A stretch of 63,250 bases of DNA, filler included, from Ministeria vibrans ATCC 50519 (GCA_943704425.1; 8 parts of 8 records of this genome joined end to end with filler, not necessarily neighbours in it); one strand, 5' to 3'; positions 33,558-47,117 are shown, numbered from the whole stretch's first letter. The notes: a model not told the origin generated them from the sequence alone. Numbers and translations: made by a program.

Positions 33558-35047
33558 TTAGAGATCGTTTCTTCTGCGCCATGCAGAGCACTTTTGAGCG
33601 CATTGAGGGGAGCAGAAGCGATGAAGGAAGGGAGCGCGGGGACCCCAACCGTCGGCAGCGTACGAGAGCTGAGCGGCAATGCGAGTGGCAAGGGCGGACT
33701 CGGTAAAGTGAATGAATGCGTCAAGGTAGACTTGAGCGCAGACAGTGCACGCCCGTCCGCGCGCAAAGAGATCGTTGAGCGAGAAAGAGACTTGGAGGGC
33801 GCGTGGATCGAAACGCATTTGGACAAGCTTGCGAGCACACAGCTCTTGGAGGGTCGGTGGAAAATCGGATGCGTTGTAGTGATTGAGTTGGGTGTGATGA
33901 TCGAATTGGTTGTGACTCAGCTCAAGTGAGGTCAGTTGCATCTGAAGAAGTTCGGCGGGCAGTGCAGCAAGACTGCAGTGGGAAATGTCGAGTGTGCGCA
34001 GCTGTTTAAGGTGGTGAAGACGGTCGGGCAGAGCGGTGAGTGGGAGGTTGTGGGAGACATTGAGCTCAGTGAGACGCGCAAGGAGGAAGAGGGCGGGTGG
34101 GAGGGTTGCGAGGCGATTGCGACGCACGTCGAGCACTGCAAGCGAACGCATAGAAGTGAGACGTGCCGGTAGTTTTTCAAGACGATTGTCGCGGAGACGG
34201 AGGACAGTGAGTTGGGTGAGGGTGGCAATGGAGGGGGGCAGTGTGGTGAGCTGGACACCTGTAAGATCGAGGGAGCTCAGCTTGGAGATGGTAAGGATGC
34301 GTGCGTCGAGCCGCAACATGCGCGTGTTAAGCACCGTGAGTTGTTGTAGGTGTGGCGGTAGTTCGGCGGGAAGTGCTGTGGAGTCGACAGTGAGGCGTGT
34401 TTGGAGTTTCTGTTGGAGTGCACTCGAAGAGGGTGCAGACAATTGTTGCGGTGGAGGAGTCGTGGTGGTGGCAAAGGGTGCGCGTTTCGCTGTGGTCACC
34501 GCACTCGTATGTGCAGGAGTTCGCGTGGCAATGGCCGGTGTGGTCAACCGCTTCTTGGCGGGCGCGGCCGTTGGAGTGCGGTCAATCATGTGCAGAGCGG
34601 CGCGTAGTGCGTCCACGTCAGCCGCCTATAGTGGAGGACGAAGGGTTCAGAGACAAGGAGCTTGCATGTGGGGTGTGTGGTGCGGACCTCACGGATGCAT
34701 ACGTCGACAGGAGGCGAGCGCAGGCGAATGGTCGCTTTACCCTGATCAACATGACCGTTAAAAACACGCTCGACATTTCCCTCCAACTAAGAAAAAGAGA
34801 GCCAAGAGCGTTACGGGAGGCGGAGGGAACTGTGGAGGGGATGCGTGCAGGGCCATACGGTGAGTCGGCGGCCCGTCTTGTTGGCCTGCGTGCAGATGAG
34901 CATGGAAAGACGTGCGGCGAGTGAGTTGACCAGTGCCGTTTGGTGTGCGCCTTCTTTTCCAATGCGGATGCACGCACGCGTTGCGCTTGACCGCCCACCG
35001 TGACCCACTACCGGAATGAGTTCGACCAGGCACGGTATTTCCAGCAT
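33558..35047 (-). CDS. LRR1: LRR1 (CUL2 substrate receptor for CMG helicase unloading)
   Basis: LEGNVERVFNGHVDQGKATIRLRSPPVDVCI, LRRs, BC-box PPTLQELCARKL, C-terminal CxxC...FCSPQC. Confidence 0.85.
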
Positions 35048-35085
35048 AACATACAAAAAAAAAATGTCTGAACTCTGAAATTAAA

Positions 35086-35093
35086 TTTCCCGC
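35086..35093 (+). promoter_or_regulatory. E2F-type site TTTCCCGC in the ~115-bp divergent LRR1/COA6 promoter
   Basis: Exact TTTSSCGC match ~40 bp from the LRR1 ATG. Confidence 0.55.
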
Positions 35094-35161
35094 GCGAGAT
35101 CAAAATACAAAATAAATCAATTTTGTAAATTGTACCAATTGTCTTTTGTTTTTTGTTTGCG

Positions 35162-35700
35162 ATGAAACCACTGACTGCAAGCGACCGACAAAAGTGCCAC
35201 GCATTGCGCGATGTGTATTTCGGGTGTCGTGACGAGGCTGAGTTGGCGATCCAGTCCCGACGCGCTCCTGCCTACCGCAAGGACCCGCTCACGCCCGACG
35301 AGAGCCAGCAGGCGAGGGAGTCGTGCAGGAAACAGTTTGAGGAATACAAGCAGGCGTGTCCTCGTACTTGGGTACGATGAGCCCGAAAGAGAGACTGTGA
35401 AAAAAAAAACTCTCACTCTCTCTATCACTTTGTGTACCTTTCTCTCCCTCTTTCTCTTTCTCTCTCTCACTCTCTCTATATCACTTTGTACCTTTCTTCC
35501 TCCTTTCTATCACTTTGTTTCTCTCTCTATCACTTTGTTTCTCTCTCTCTCTATCACTTTGTTTCTTTCCTCTCTCTCTCTCACTCACTCACTCACTCAC
35601 TCACTCTCGGTCTCTCTTTCAGGTTTCACACTTTGAGAAGCGACGGGCGCTCTTGCGATACAAGGACATGCTTGAGAAGGGCGGTTTCAAGGAAACGTAG
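35162..35700 (+). CDS. COA6: Cytochrome c oxidase assembly factor 6, 2 exons
   Basis: RQKCHALRDVYFGC...CRKQFEEYKQACPRTW|VSHFEKRR (CX9C...CX10C). Confidence 0.85.
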
Positions 35701-35782
35701 CTGTATACTCACTTTGATGTGTGTCTAATTCTTGTGAGATGTAATAAAAATGATGTTTTCTGTATTATAAAAAAGTGTTTGT

Positions 35783-36875
35783 TTAGTCATACGAACGTTT
35801 GGCGTAGTATTCGGAGTTGGCCATGAGGAGACGGATAACGGGATCGCGCATAAAGGCTTCGCTGTGAACAAAGTGCTCCCACACATCACCTTGCATCATG
35901 CCTGTAAGCACTTCGTGTGCGTGGTACATTTTGGGTATGATCCTCTCCGGTTTCACGGCGCCTGCCCCAATGGGCTGTGCGACTGTCACGTCCTCAATAA
36001 ACCTCTCGAGGAATCCTCGCATACGGTCCATTACTTGTGCCACAGTAATGACTGCGGGAGCAGAGTGCGGTGCTTCTGGACGCTCGGAAGGTGCCGGCGC
36101 CAATGTAGGTGTAGCAACAGGAATGATGGGGGTGGTGGGGGTACTGGCGGGCGGCGGTGGCGCTAAAGAAGGAGTGGGTGGCGCGCTGAGCGGTTCTACT
36201 CTACCGCTCACTGTTGGGGGTTGCGTCACCGACTGTGCGACAGCAACGGTGCGCTGGGTGTTGGCAACTGGTGTAGCGGGTGTAGCAGAGGAAATGGGTT
36301 GTGGGACGGCGATGGTGGGTGTTACTGGGGTTCGAGGAGCTGTCCAGCCCATAAAAAAAAAAAGAGAGAGAGGTAGTGTTACTGATACGTTGTGTGTGTG
36401 TGTGTGTGTGTTGTGTTGTGTTGTCTTTGTGGTGTGTGACAGAAATAATTGGATAGAGTTCAACAAACAAAACGGCGGTGGTTGGAGCGAGAGAAGACGG
36501 TGACTGTGATGATGGCGGCACGGGTACCTTCAGAGCGGCTCTTCTTCTTTGGCGATGGCACAACCAAATCGTTTTCGACCGGTCGTTTCTTCTGTCCCTT
36601 CTCAAACAAGAGACGCAGGTCGTTGATGCCCCTTGGCGCACACAGCGGACAGAATTCAATTGTTTTCGCGATGTCCTTGTCTTTCTTGCTGTTGCTCTTC
36701 GCGCTGGCCATTAGAAAAATGGGCATCTGAACCAAAGGAAAGAGACAAATGACAGTTTCACCGGTTGACACAAATGTGAAATGTGTACGTTGCATTCGCC
36801 ACAGTAACGGCCGGAGTCGTGGGGTATACACGCTGTCGAGAAGCACGACCCGATGATTCCATCGGGGACCGACAT
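35783..36875 (-). CDS. Protein with a two-CxxC zinc ribbon and a Pro/Thr-rich linker, function unknown
   Basis: YCGECN|MPIFL...EFCPLCAP, low-complexity middle, helical C-terminus; exon joins partly uncertain. Confidence 0.5.
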
Positions 36876-37059
36876 TGGTGGAGAAAAAAGAAAATTACTA
36901 TAACTCATAATATCATAACTCATTAATTATGAATAGGATCACTCCCAAAATATGATTTTGACAAAGTACAAACAAAATTATTCACTTTCGCTTTCGACTC
37001 CACGTTGCTTCGTTTCTAGCGCGTTATCTTTCCCGATACACGTCAGAGCCACAGCGAAA

Positions 37060-37772
37060 ATGGCGGCGATTCCAGCTGGAAAGCTTTTGTATCTTGCAGT
37101 GCGACAGATCGCAAAGCCCATCGCAAACCAAGTGAAGCGCGGAGCGGCACAGTCGCCGCGCTTCAAGAGGGCGTGCGTATCGTTTGCCCAGACATGGTAC
37201 TCGATGCAGACTAACGTGGGCATTCGGTTTCTGGGCGGAGCGGTCAGTTGAAGTTGAACGGTGTGTTTGATCTGTCGTGTCTCATCTCTCTCCGCCGCGT
37301 TTCCTTTCTCTCTCTCTCTGTGTGTCTGTGTCGCGTCTGCACACATTGCGTATACAGACATACAAAGTACAGCCGCTCTCGGAGAAGCGTGCCGTTGATC
37401 TGGGCTCTGAGGTCATTGGCGAAATGATTATCTTCGCAGTCGCGTCGAGTGTGCTCGTTTTTGAATTTTGGCGCACTCGCGAGAAGGAAGACCGCCTCAA
37501 ACGAGAAGATGCAGCTAAAGAGTGGCAGCAGGTACCAGTGGATTTTTGTTTTTTTTTTGTGTGTATAAGCGTTTACTATTACGTCTTGTGTGGTTGAACA
37601 GGACTCCAAGCTGGAAAGTATTCGCGCAGAGTTGTTGGACTTGCGGAATCATCAAAGAGAAACCGACATGTGGATTCAGAGGCTTAAGCGCGATCGGGCA
37701 AAATGGAAACTTTTGGGCGCTGACAACTCAAAAATGTACAATGATGGAAAGAGCGAGCGTGTAAATGAGTGA
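37060..37772 (+). CDS. OPA3: OPA3-like mitochondrial protein
   Basis: KLLYLAVRQIAKPIAN, VQPLSEKRAVDLGSEVIGEMIIFAVA...EFWR. Confidence 0.92.
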
Positions 37773-38096
37773 TGGTTAACCTTATTTTTTTTTTTTTTAC
37801 TCACAGCTCACTGTTACGAATGGATTTTCTTGTGAGGCGCATTTGGGAGTCCAAAGGGGCAGAAGAGATTTGGCAAAAGGCACATTCACATTGAGACCAA
37901 TTCAATTGTACAATAAAAATTGCATAACAGAAATAATAAAAATCAAAATAAAATTGTCTAACGCTGGCTACCAAAATCGCGAATTGAATCGTGTTTTGTG
38001 TATCTGTGGTCTGTGGTTCCGTCAAATTGATTCTTCTTTTACATTAATGGTCTCTCTTTTCTGTGTGGATGTGTGTGTGTTCGTTTGTGTGAGTCT

Positions 38097-38408
<312 letters not shown>

Positions 38409-39648
38409 TCATCAAAACTATCTTTGAGTATCATACACAGAGAGAGAGAGAGAGAAAGAAGGAAAAAGGGAGAGAAAAGACACACACACACATACAAGCG
38501 ACTTGTGAAAACAATGCACAGCAATGGGTGACGAGGCTGGCGACGTGGCAGCACATTAAGGGTCGACTGGCAATTTCTTTTTTTATGGCCTTTGAACTTG
38601 GACAAAATCAGACACTATTGGCAGCAATGGAGCGCTGGCGGGGCAAGTATAGGAAAGATGGCAGAGGTGTTGAACGAAGGGATGCGGGAAGTTGAGTGTT
38701 GTGACGAGTGTGTCGACAGGAAGAACACAAAAGAACAAAGTTGCAAGTTCGCGTTTGGTTTTGTCGTAAAAAAGAGAGAGAGGGATGACGCAAGAGAGGA
38801 AGCATCCCGAGAGAAGCGTGTGGGGGTGTGTGGGGAAGGTGCATTGCATCACAAGAGACAGGAGAGAGTGTGTGAGGAGGAAAAAAAAGAAGAGAGGAGG
38901 AATGAAAAACTCCCCAAAGGGTATTTCCCAGGCAAACAGGGCCAGTTTGGCGGAGGGAACCAACGCACAAGTGTGCATCAATACGCACGACGCGGCGTAC
39001 AGGGATACAGTGCATCAGCAAATGTGTTACACAATCGTTTTTTTGATTTTTTTTGCCAAGAACAAAAGAGCAAAAAAAANNNNNNNNNNNNNNNNNNNNN
39101 NNNNNNNNNNNNNNNNNNNNNNNTTAATTAATTAANNNNNNNNNNNNNNNNNNNNNNNNNNNNNNNNNNNNNNNNNNNNAAAAAAAAAAAAAAAAAAAAA
39201 AAAAAAACAGAGAGAGAGTGAGGGGTATGCGTATATACGAGTGTAAGAGAGAGAGAAAAAGAGAAAGAGAAAGAGAGAAAGAGAGAGAGAGTACCACTAT
39301 ACGTCATAGCACTTCATGACGCCCCTCCACGGTGGAACTGGTTTCCACATAAGGAGAAGTGATGTTTTTGTTTTTGTTTTCCAAAGAGTGTTTTCAGAGA
39401 GAGAAAAAACATAACTTATAGAACTGTTGCTGAACGACCCGAGTGCGGATTGTGGAGTGAAAGGGACGGGTGCCTTGGGTCTTCCCAGCCAGCAATGCTG
39501 CTAGTGATTGGCAGCGTTGTAATCAAGACTGAGAGTCTTATGTTGGCTTGTATCAATGAAAATCACCTGAAAGTTTAATTAAAAAGGTTGTCCTCAAACA
39601 TAACAATATTTCTATTTGTATGTTGACACAACAGGGTAACAAGTATTT

Positions 39649-41558
39649 TCACAGCTCCTGCTTTGTGTTTTCCGTGGGTGGCTCTGCTGCAGTCAGTTGG
39701 AAGTTTCCACTGGTAAGCTGCTCCTTGAAGAACGCACCAAGCGACTTCTTCGAAAAGGGACCATTGAACCAAGTATGACTCGCAGTCTACAAAGGCAAGA
39801 ATAAGCCACATCATCAAAACATCATTAATTTTCGCTTACTCCGGCAGGGCTAAGAGCACCGATGACGGCCTTTGTCTGGGTCTCTTCAAGACCGTACAAG
39901 ACCTTCCACTTGTCGGCTTCGAGTTTCAAGACGTCGCTGTCGATCCAGACGAAGGGAATTTTGTGCTGCTGAGCGAAGGCGACGCCAGCGCTCTTCAACA
40001 GGGCGAGAAGGTTCTTCCCGGCGGTGCTGGAGCGAGAGAGCACGGCCATGCACAAACGATTGTGCTCATCAGAATCGTATGCGTCGCGCAGATTGTCCAG
40101 GGTGACATACTTAAGGGGCTGTGTACGTGTAAGAGAAAGAGAGAGATATGATCGGTTTGAGTTGGGGGTACCTGCGACTTGCGAAGACGGGCAATGGTGG
40201 CAAAAAAGGCGGTGGGATCGTCGAGAGCGTGTGAGCCAGCACCGTACGGAAGGGAGAGGCGGGCGGTACCAACTTTGATCTTGCGGGCGAGTTTGGCGAG
40301 TGTGGGGTCGATGATGGCGTAGAAGACGACATGGGTCTGCAGACGCAGCGCCGCCCGTTCAAAGTGTCGGTATGCGGCGTCGTCCTCGCTCGCAAAGTGA
40401 CCAAGCACCTTTGCCTCGTCATGGATTCCATCAAAGTCCCGTTTCACATTCTTATGTGTCACAAGACGTACTAAAGAGAGAAAGAAGCGGTCGGCAGAAG
40501 AAAAACCGCAATATTATCTTAGCGAAACGAACCGGCGGGAGAGCGAGTGGCAAGGATCCATCGCGCAAGCAGCTCAGGCGCACTGTAGCCGGGAAACACA
40601 ACAGACACTGCAGATGATGATAATTGATAAGTTGTAAACAGAGATAGAGTGAGACAGAAAAAAGATAAGAGAGAGAGAGAAAGAGAGAGAGGAGGGAGAA
40701 AGAAACAAAGTGATAAGAGAGAGAGAGAAAGAGAGAGAGAAACAAAGTGATAGAAGAGAAAGAGAAGAAAGAGAGAGAAACAAAGTGATAGAGAGAGAAA
40801 CAAATCGAGAGAAACAAAGTGATAGAGAGAGAAACAAAGTGATAGCGTGTGTGTGTCTCTCTGTGTGTATGTATGCATGTGTGTGTGTGACAGACAGAAA
40901 AACACACAGGCGCACACCATAGTCACACGCACAGTCGTACACGATAATCACACAAACAGAGAGACGTACACCATAATCACACAAGAACAAACGCGTACCC
41001 TTCAGTGATCCGCGGAACATGACAATGGTTCCTGCTGATTTGGCTCCTGCGTCGTGACCGGTCGCATAGTCCGCACTCAGATCCATCAGTGCAAAGCGCA
41101 CGCCCATGTCAAACTCCTTGAGGGCTGTTGATGCCCCCTCGAGCAGTGCAGCCGTGTTAGTCCACAGATCATTCGCAGCTGCCACCTTCGACGCATCCAC
41201 CTTTTGCCACCAGCAAGAAAAAGGAAGCACAATCTCAATCGACGCGTTCGCATCAGGGTAAGCACTACCTTTGCCATGGCTTCAGCGGACACGACGAAGC
41301 CCACCTACAAACGAGAGCGGGCGGGTGAGGGCGACACTCTCCCGTGGCGTCACAGCGTACCACCACCGACTGACCGCCGGCCAACAGGCGCGACAGAGTC
41401 TTCTGCGTCAGCACAGGCAGTGCTTCTGAACCACCTGGGGCCGCAGAGACCGCAGAGACCACACAGAGCGTGAGCTACACGTAAAGTCGTTCACTGACAA
41501 TCCCAAACGTAAGTCGTCCATTTATTCACCGTACAACAACAGCGCGTACAAACCCCAT
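39649..41558 (-). CDS. Calsequestrin-like ER protein (signal peptide, three redox-inactive thioredoxin folds, C-terminal KQEL), about 7 exons
   Basis: LLEGASTALKEFDMGVRFALMD; FDGIHDEAKVLGHFASEDDAAYRHFERAA..VVFYAIIDPTLAK; FVWIDSDVLKLEADKWKVLYGL; no CxxC; ends TKQEL*. Confidence 0.7.
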
Positions 41559-41783
41559 CGCAAGGTTTCGCCAACTCAATATACAATAGAAAACGAATGT
41601 ACAAAGCCCACTTAGACCCCCGAAACAAAAAAAAGTAATGAAATGAGCGAAAAATGAAAAATGAAAAAAAGCAGTAACGATTAGCGAACAAGACCGAATA
41701 GACAATAGTAAAATAATATTATAAGAATAATAATTTAGTGCCTCCTGTACTCGATTGTGCTAACGCAGTACCCACAACCCACA

Positions 41784-41826
41784 ATGGCGTCCTTGGAAGA
41801 GATCCTCCAGCACACCATCTCAGCCG
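41784..41826 (+). CDS. First exon of a possible importin-beta-family gene
   Basis: MASLEEILQHTISA|GTATGC resembles the importin-beta N-terminus; very short. Confidence 0.3.
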
Positions 41827-42255
41827 GTATGCTCCAATGGCTCCCTTGCGCGTTTGTGTCGCCCACCGTCCACCCTGTGCTCCACCATCTACACCCATCC
41901 GTTGCACTGTCCATCCTCCTCCCCACAGGCGTCTCCCACCGCGTACATCTGGCCACAACGGGGTTTTGAAACGTTTCGCCCAGTTGCATTTCCGCTCCTT
42001 TGGCGCTTTCCGGCTGATGCCGTCGCCTCCTTGCCCTCCCCCGCCCTACCCCCACCTCCCGTGCCATTGACTCACCCCCTCGTGTCCCCGCCACTCCCGT
42101 TTTTCTCCTCGTTTTCACACGCTTTTACCACTTCACTCTCTCTCTCTTTTTTTNNNNNNNNNNNNNNNNNNNNNNNNNNNNNNNNNNNNNNNNNNNNTTA
42201 ATTAATTAANNNNNNNNNNNNNNNNNNNNNNNNNNNNNNNNNNNNNNNNNNNNGC

Positions 42256-43958
42256 ATGGAAGAGACAGTGAGACGTCTTCTTGGTGAAATGGACCCGTCA
42301 ACAACGAGAACAAACGGAATCGGACGCGCGAGTGAGGCTGGCCACTTGGCAGTGGTTGAACTGTTGCTGGCCGATGCTCGAATTGACTCGGCCGCCGATG
42401 ACAATCACGCCATTCGATACGCCAGTAAAAACGGTCATTCGGCGGTGGTTGAACTGTTGCTAATGGACAGTCGTGTCGATCCGGCAGCTAACGATGGTTC
42501 TGCCATCGGACTTGCCAGTGCGAACGGTCACTTAGCGGTGGCTCGGCTGTTGCTAGTGGACGGTCGTGTTGATCCGGCAGCTAACAGCAACCATGCCATC
42601 CGATACACCAGTGCACACGGTCACTTAGAGGTGGTCCAGCTGTTGCTAGCGGATGGTCGCGTGGATCCGGCAGCCTGCAACAACCATGCCATCCGATACG
42701 CCAGTGCGAACGGTCACTTGGCGGTGGTTCAGCTGTTGTTAGCGGATTGTCGTGTTGATCCGGCAGCTGACAGCAACGATGCCATCCGATACACCAGTGC
42801 GAACGGTCACTTAGAGGTGGTCCAGCTGTTGCTAGCGGATGGTCGCGTGGATCCGGCAGCTAACAGCAACCATGCCATCCGATACGCCAGTGCGAACGGT
42901 CACTTGGCAGTGGCTGAACTGCTACTAGCGGATAGTCGTGTGGATCCGGCAGCTGACAACAACTATGCCATCCGAGGTGCCAGTGAGTACGGTCACTCGA
43001 CTGTGGTCCGGCTATTGCTAGCAGACAGTCGTGTCGATCCGACTGTCGACGACAATTTTGCCATCCAATACGCCAGTAGGAACGGTCACTCGGCGGTGGT
43101 TTAGATCACCGTGTGGATCCAGCAGCCAACAACAATGAGGCCTTCCAATGCGCCTGCTTGAACGGTCGCTTGGCGGTGGTTCAGCTGTTGCTAGCGGACA
43201 GTCGCGTCGATCCGGGAGCCAAAGACAATAAGGCTATCCGATACGCCAGTGATAGCGGCCACTTGGGTGTGGTTGAACTGTTGCTAGCGGACCGCCGTGT
43301 TGATTCGGCAGCTAACAGCAACTATGCCATTCGATTCGCCAGGGTGAACGGTCACTCGGCGGTTGTTCAGCTGCTTCTAGCGGACGGTCGTGTTGATCCG
43401 GCAGCTGACCACAATCGCGCGATTCGATTCGCCAGCGCGAAAGGTCACTCAGCGGTCGTAGAAATGTTACTAGCGGATCGAATTGACCCTGCCGCCAACG
43501 ACAATGAGGTCATCGGACGCGCCAGTGTGAACGGTCACTCGGCAGTGGTCCAGCTGTTGCTAGCGGACGGTCGTGCTGATCCGGCAGCTAACAGCAACGA
43601 TGCCATCCGATACGCCAGTGTGAACGGCCACTTGGCAGTGGCTAAACTGCTACTAGCGGATAGTCGTGTGGATCCGGCAGCTAACAGCAACTATGCCATC
43701 CGAGGTGCCAGTGCGAACGGTCACGATCCTGCCGCCGACGACAATAAAGCCATTCGATACGCCAGTAGGAACGGCCACTCAGCGGTGGTTCAGCTGCTGC
43801 TAGGTGATAGTCGTGTTGATCCGGCAGCCAACGACAATTTTGCCATCCGATTTGCCAGTGCGAACAATCACTCGGCGGTGGTTGAGAACTGTTCCTGGCA
43901 GATGCTCGAATTGACCCTGCCGCCAACGACAATGAAGCTATCTGATACGCCAGTGTGA
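42256..43958 (+). pseudogene. Intronless tandem 34-aa ankyrin-repeat gene (DPAANxNxAIRYASANGHLAVVxLLLADxRV, ~16 units), disrupted
   Basis: Stop and deletion at about 43102-43112, an internal deletion near 43725, and a frameshift near 43888. Confidence 0.85.
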
Positions 43959-44009
43959 ACAGTCACTTTTGGGTGTATCATCTACTGCTAGCGGATAGTC
44001 GAGTGGACT

Positions 44010-44472
44010 ACAATTAAAAATTATTTCATCAATTACTTCTCAATTACCAAAAAATATTTCATCAATTACTTCTCAATTATAGCTGTCTGATACGCCAGTG
44101 TGAACAGTCACTTTTGGGTGTATCATCTACTGCTAGCGGATAGACTTCTCAATTATACCCCAATTATACCTCATCAGTTTTAAGTCACACCCACGAAACA
44201 AAATCTTTGAAAAAAAAAAGTGTGCTTTTGCAGCGCATCCACCAAATTCTCCTCGTACACCACTATGACGTGTCGAACCCCGACACACCTACAGTAAAAC
44301 AGTCCTACACCCTCCCAGACGGCGGGCCCCCTCAGGGGTCACTCGTTAGCCATGCAAGTGTAAATAAATATAAAGCATGGTAAATTAATAAAGCATGGCG
44401 CTTGCACGCCCACACACATCCCCCCTAAGTCACACCCTAAAAACCCACGCCACCTGAAAAAAAAAGTGTGCC
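44010..44472. repeat. Local duplications: tandem CAATTA..TTTCATCAATTACTTCT units, a copy of ~43941-44000 at ~44085-44143, and direct repeats TAAGTCACACCC...GAAAAAAAAAGTGTGC
   Basis: Direct comparison of the sequences. Confidence 0.8.
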
Positions 44473-44759
44473 AAAATAGGCGGATNNNNNNNNNNNNNNN
44501 NNNNNNNNNNNNNNNNNNNNNNNNNNNNNTTAATTAATTAANNNNNNNNNNNNNNNNNNNNNNNNNNNNNNNNNNNNNNNNNNNNGAGCTTCTCAATAGA
44601 AACACAACACAGAAAGAACAGTCACACACAAACACACATGTGATAGCCACTGCAAAGGGATCTCCACCAAGAAGGAACCCAGTATATAGAGTGGTGCGCC
44701 CACAAGTAAAGTGTACAACGACACAGGTTATGATGTTCCACAGTGAAGAACGAACAGTG

Positions 44760-45025
44760 ACTTACATATAATGACTGAGACTTTGCACACACTTCTCGTG
44801 TTCCACAGACCACACTTTGACAGTGGCGTCACGTGACGCGCTTGCAATCCACTTATCATCTGGACTCAGTGCAATTTCATTAATCCAGCTCGCGTGTCCA
44901 GTGAGAGTAGTGAGTGAGTGGCTGATCTGCTCTGGTCCATTTTCGTTCTCCACAAACAATCGCACATCCGACTCACTCCCACACGCAACAACCGTGCGGT
45001 CGACGGGGTGTCGTGAATACGGCAT
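44760..45025 (-). CDS. WD40-repeat protein, partial
   Basis: LTGHASWINEIALSPDDKWIASASRDATVKVW followed by donor GTAAGT. Confidence 0.85.
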
Positions 45026-45750
45026 TTCTAAAGGAAGCAAGAGGCATCAGAACACCCCAGCAGTGCGTGCGAGTGAACAGAGTGTTTGGACGAAAAGTCA
45101 AAAGTCGAAAACAGAAAACGACAAAAAAAAAAAAACTACGACCCATTATCAGAACAGTTTTCGCGCAATGGGACGCTTGCAACAACGTTAAACCCATCCC
45201 ATGGCCAGGAGCGTGCCTCAAAAGAGAGAACTGGCTTTGTGGAGTGAAAATGAAAAACGAACGTTTTGTGAATAAACAACAGACACTTAGAAACGAGTCA
45301 TCTGGGCATTGCAGTGCTATCACAGCATGTAAATACACATCATGATTCATCTGCGCGGTGTGCTAACGCGCATGGAATAGAGAATTCAGAGATACGGACA
45401 ATAGCCCAAATCCAAAGTACACTCCCTGATTCACTCCCTGCCTTATCCCCAGCCCCTTACAGACAGTGAGGTACAGTTCAAATTCTAAAACACCACTGGA
45501 CCGTCGCAATGAATCGACTAAAAACTAACTATTGTTCTTTGTTTGTGATTTATGAATTTATGTTGTGATTGATTTGTGAAGAATAACATATCAACTGTAT
45601 CCCAAGAAAGTTGTTGACTTGTTGTTACTGAGTTGATACTCACTGGTGTTTAAACAGCATGAAGAAAGAATACAAAATAGAGCACTGCAAATGACTTGAA
45701 AACGAGATAATATTTTTTTGATCAATCATTTATTTACTTCTGTTTGAATC

Positions 45751-46909
45751 ATGTCCATCAAAGTAGGAATCATCGGCGGCAGCGGCCTGGACGACCCCAA
45801 CATCCTTGAGGGTCGTCAGGAAACCACTGTGACGACCGACTATGGCAATGTAAGCAAAACCTCACACTCTCTCTCGTGTCCCCTCGCCCTCTCCTCGAAT
45901 TCCGCTGCGGGCCGTGCTGAGAGATCGTGTTCTGACTGCATGTTGCGGTGTAGCCGTCGGATGTGCTGATCACGGGCAAGATCTCGGGCATTGAGTGTGT
46001 TCTTCTGGCGCGGCATGGGCGCAAGCACTCGATTATGCCGACCAACGTGAACTATCGCGCGAACATCGTGGCGCTCAAGAACGCCGGGTGCACCCACGTG
46101 GTGGTGTCGACCGCGTGCGGATCGCTGTGCGAGGAGGTTGCGCCCGGCACGTTTGTCATTCTCGATCAGTTCATTGATCGCACGACCAAGCGCGCATCGA
46201 CGCTCTACGACGGCCAGGACGGCCACCCGCCGGGCGTGTGCCACATGGAGATGGCAACGCCCTTCAACGAGAAGCTGCGCCAGGTGAGGAAGTGAGGGAC
46301 CGCGACGTGTGTTGTGCAGTGCTGAGATGGGTGTGGGTGTGTGTTGCAGGTGCTGGCGACCACCTGCAAGGATCTTGCGTTTCCCGTGCGCGCCGACGGA
46401 ACTGTGGTGACCATCGAGGGACCGCGCTTCTCGTCGCGTGCCGAGAGCCACGTGTTCCGGTCGTGGAATGCGCATGTGATCAACATGACCACTGTTCCAG
46501 AGGTACTACTACTCGCTTAATTCTGCCATGAGACGAGTGACTTAGTGGATGTTCCTTTAATTAGGTTGTCATTGCGAATGAAGCGGGTCTGTTGTACGCG
46601 GCAGTGGCCATGGCCACAGACTATGATTGCTGGAGAGAATCAACGGAAGCGGTGAGAAAGATGGAGAACAAAGAGAAGAGAGACTGAATTGCTGTTGCAG
46701 GTGACGGTGGAGGCGGTGCTTGCGGTGATGGCGAAGAACGCGGAGAAGATGAAGGCAGTGCTGACCACTGCTATTCCACGCATTGCGGAGATGGACTGGA
46801 CGGAGGACATTGCCATGGCACAGGTATGATCGACTGTGTCTTGAGTGTGATTATATAACAATGAGATTTTGTGTTTCAATAGGGGAAAGCAAAGCATTCT
46901 GTGATGTGA
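45751..46909 (+). CDS. MTAP: S-methyl-5'-thioadenosine phosphorylase
   Basis: [59 protein letters not shown]. Confidence 0.97.
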
Positions 46910-47117
46910 TCGTTATGATGTGTGAAGACGAGAGTACACAAGCACGAAGAAACTTTGATAAAAAAACAATTAGTATCAGTCTCTCTGTGCAAGTTGTCTC
47001 TTTTTTTTCACTCTCTTTCCCCTTGATCGATTTGACGTTCCGAAACAATCAAATCTCAATCTATTTCGCACAACTTGATCGAAGTACAAACGAACCGACA
47101 GCGCCACGACGGACAGT

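Noticed and set aside
42256-43958. CRISPR-like or other regular DNA repeat array
   Set aside because: The periodicity is a 102-bp protein-coding ankyrin unit with no unique spacers.
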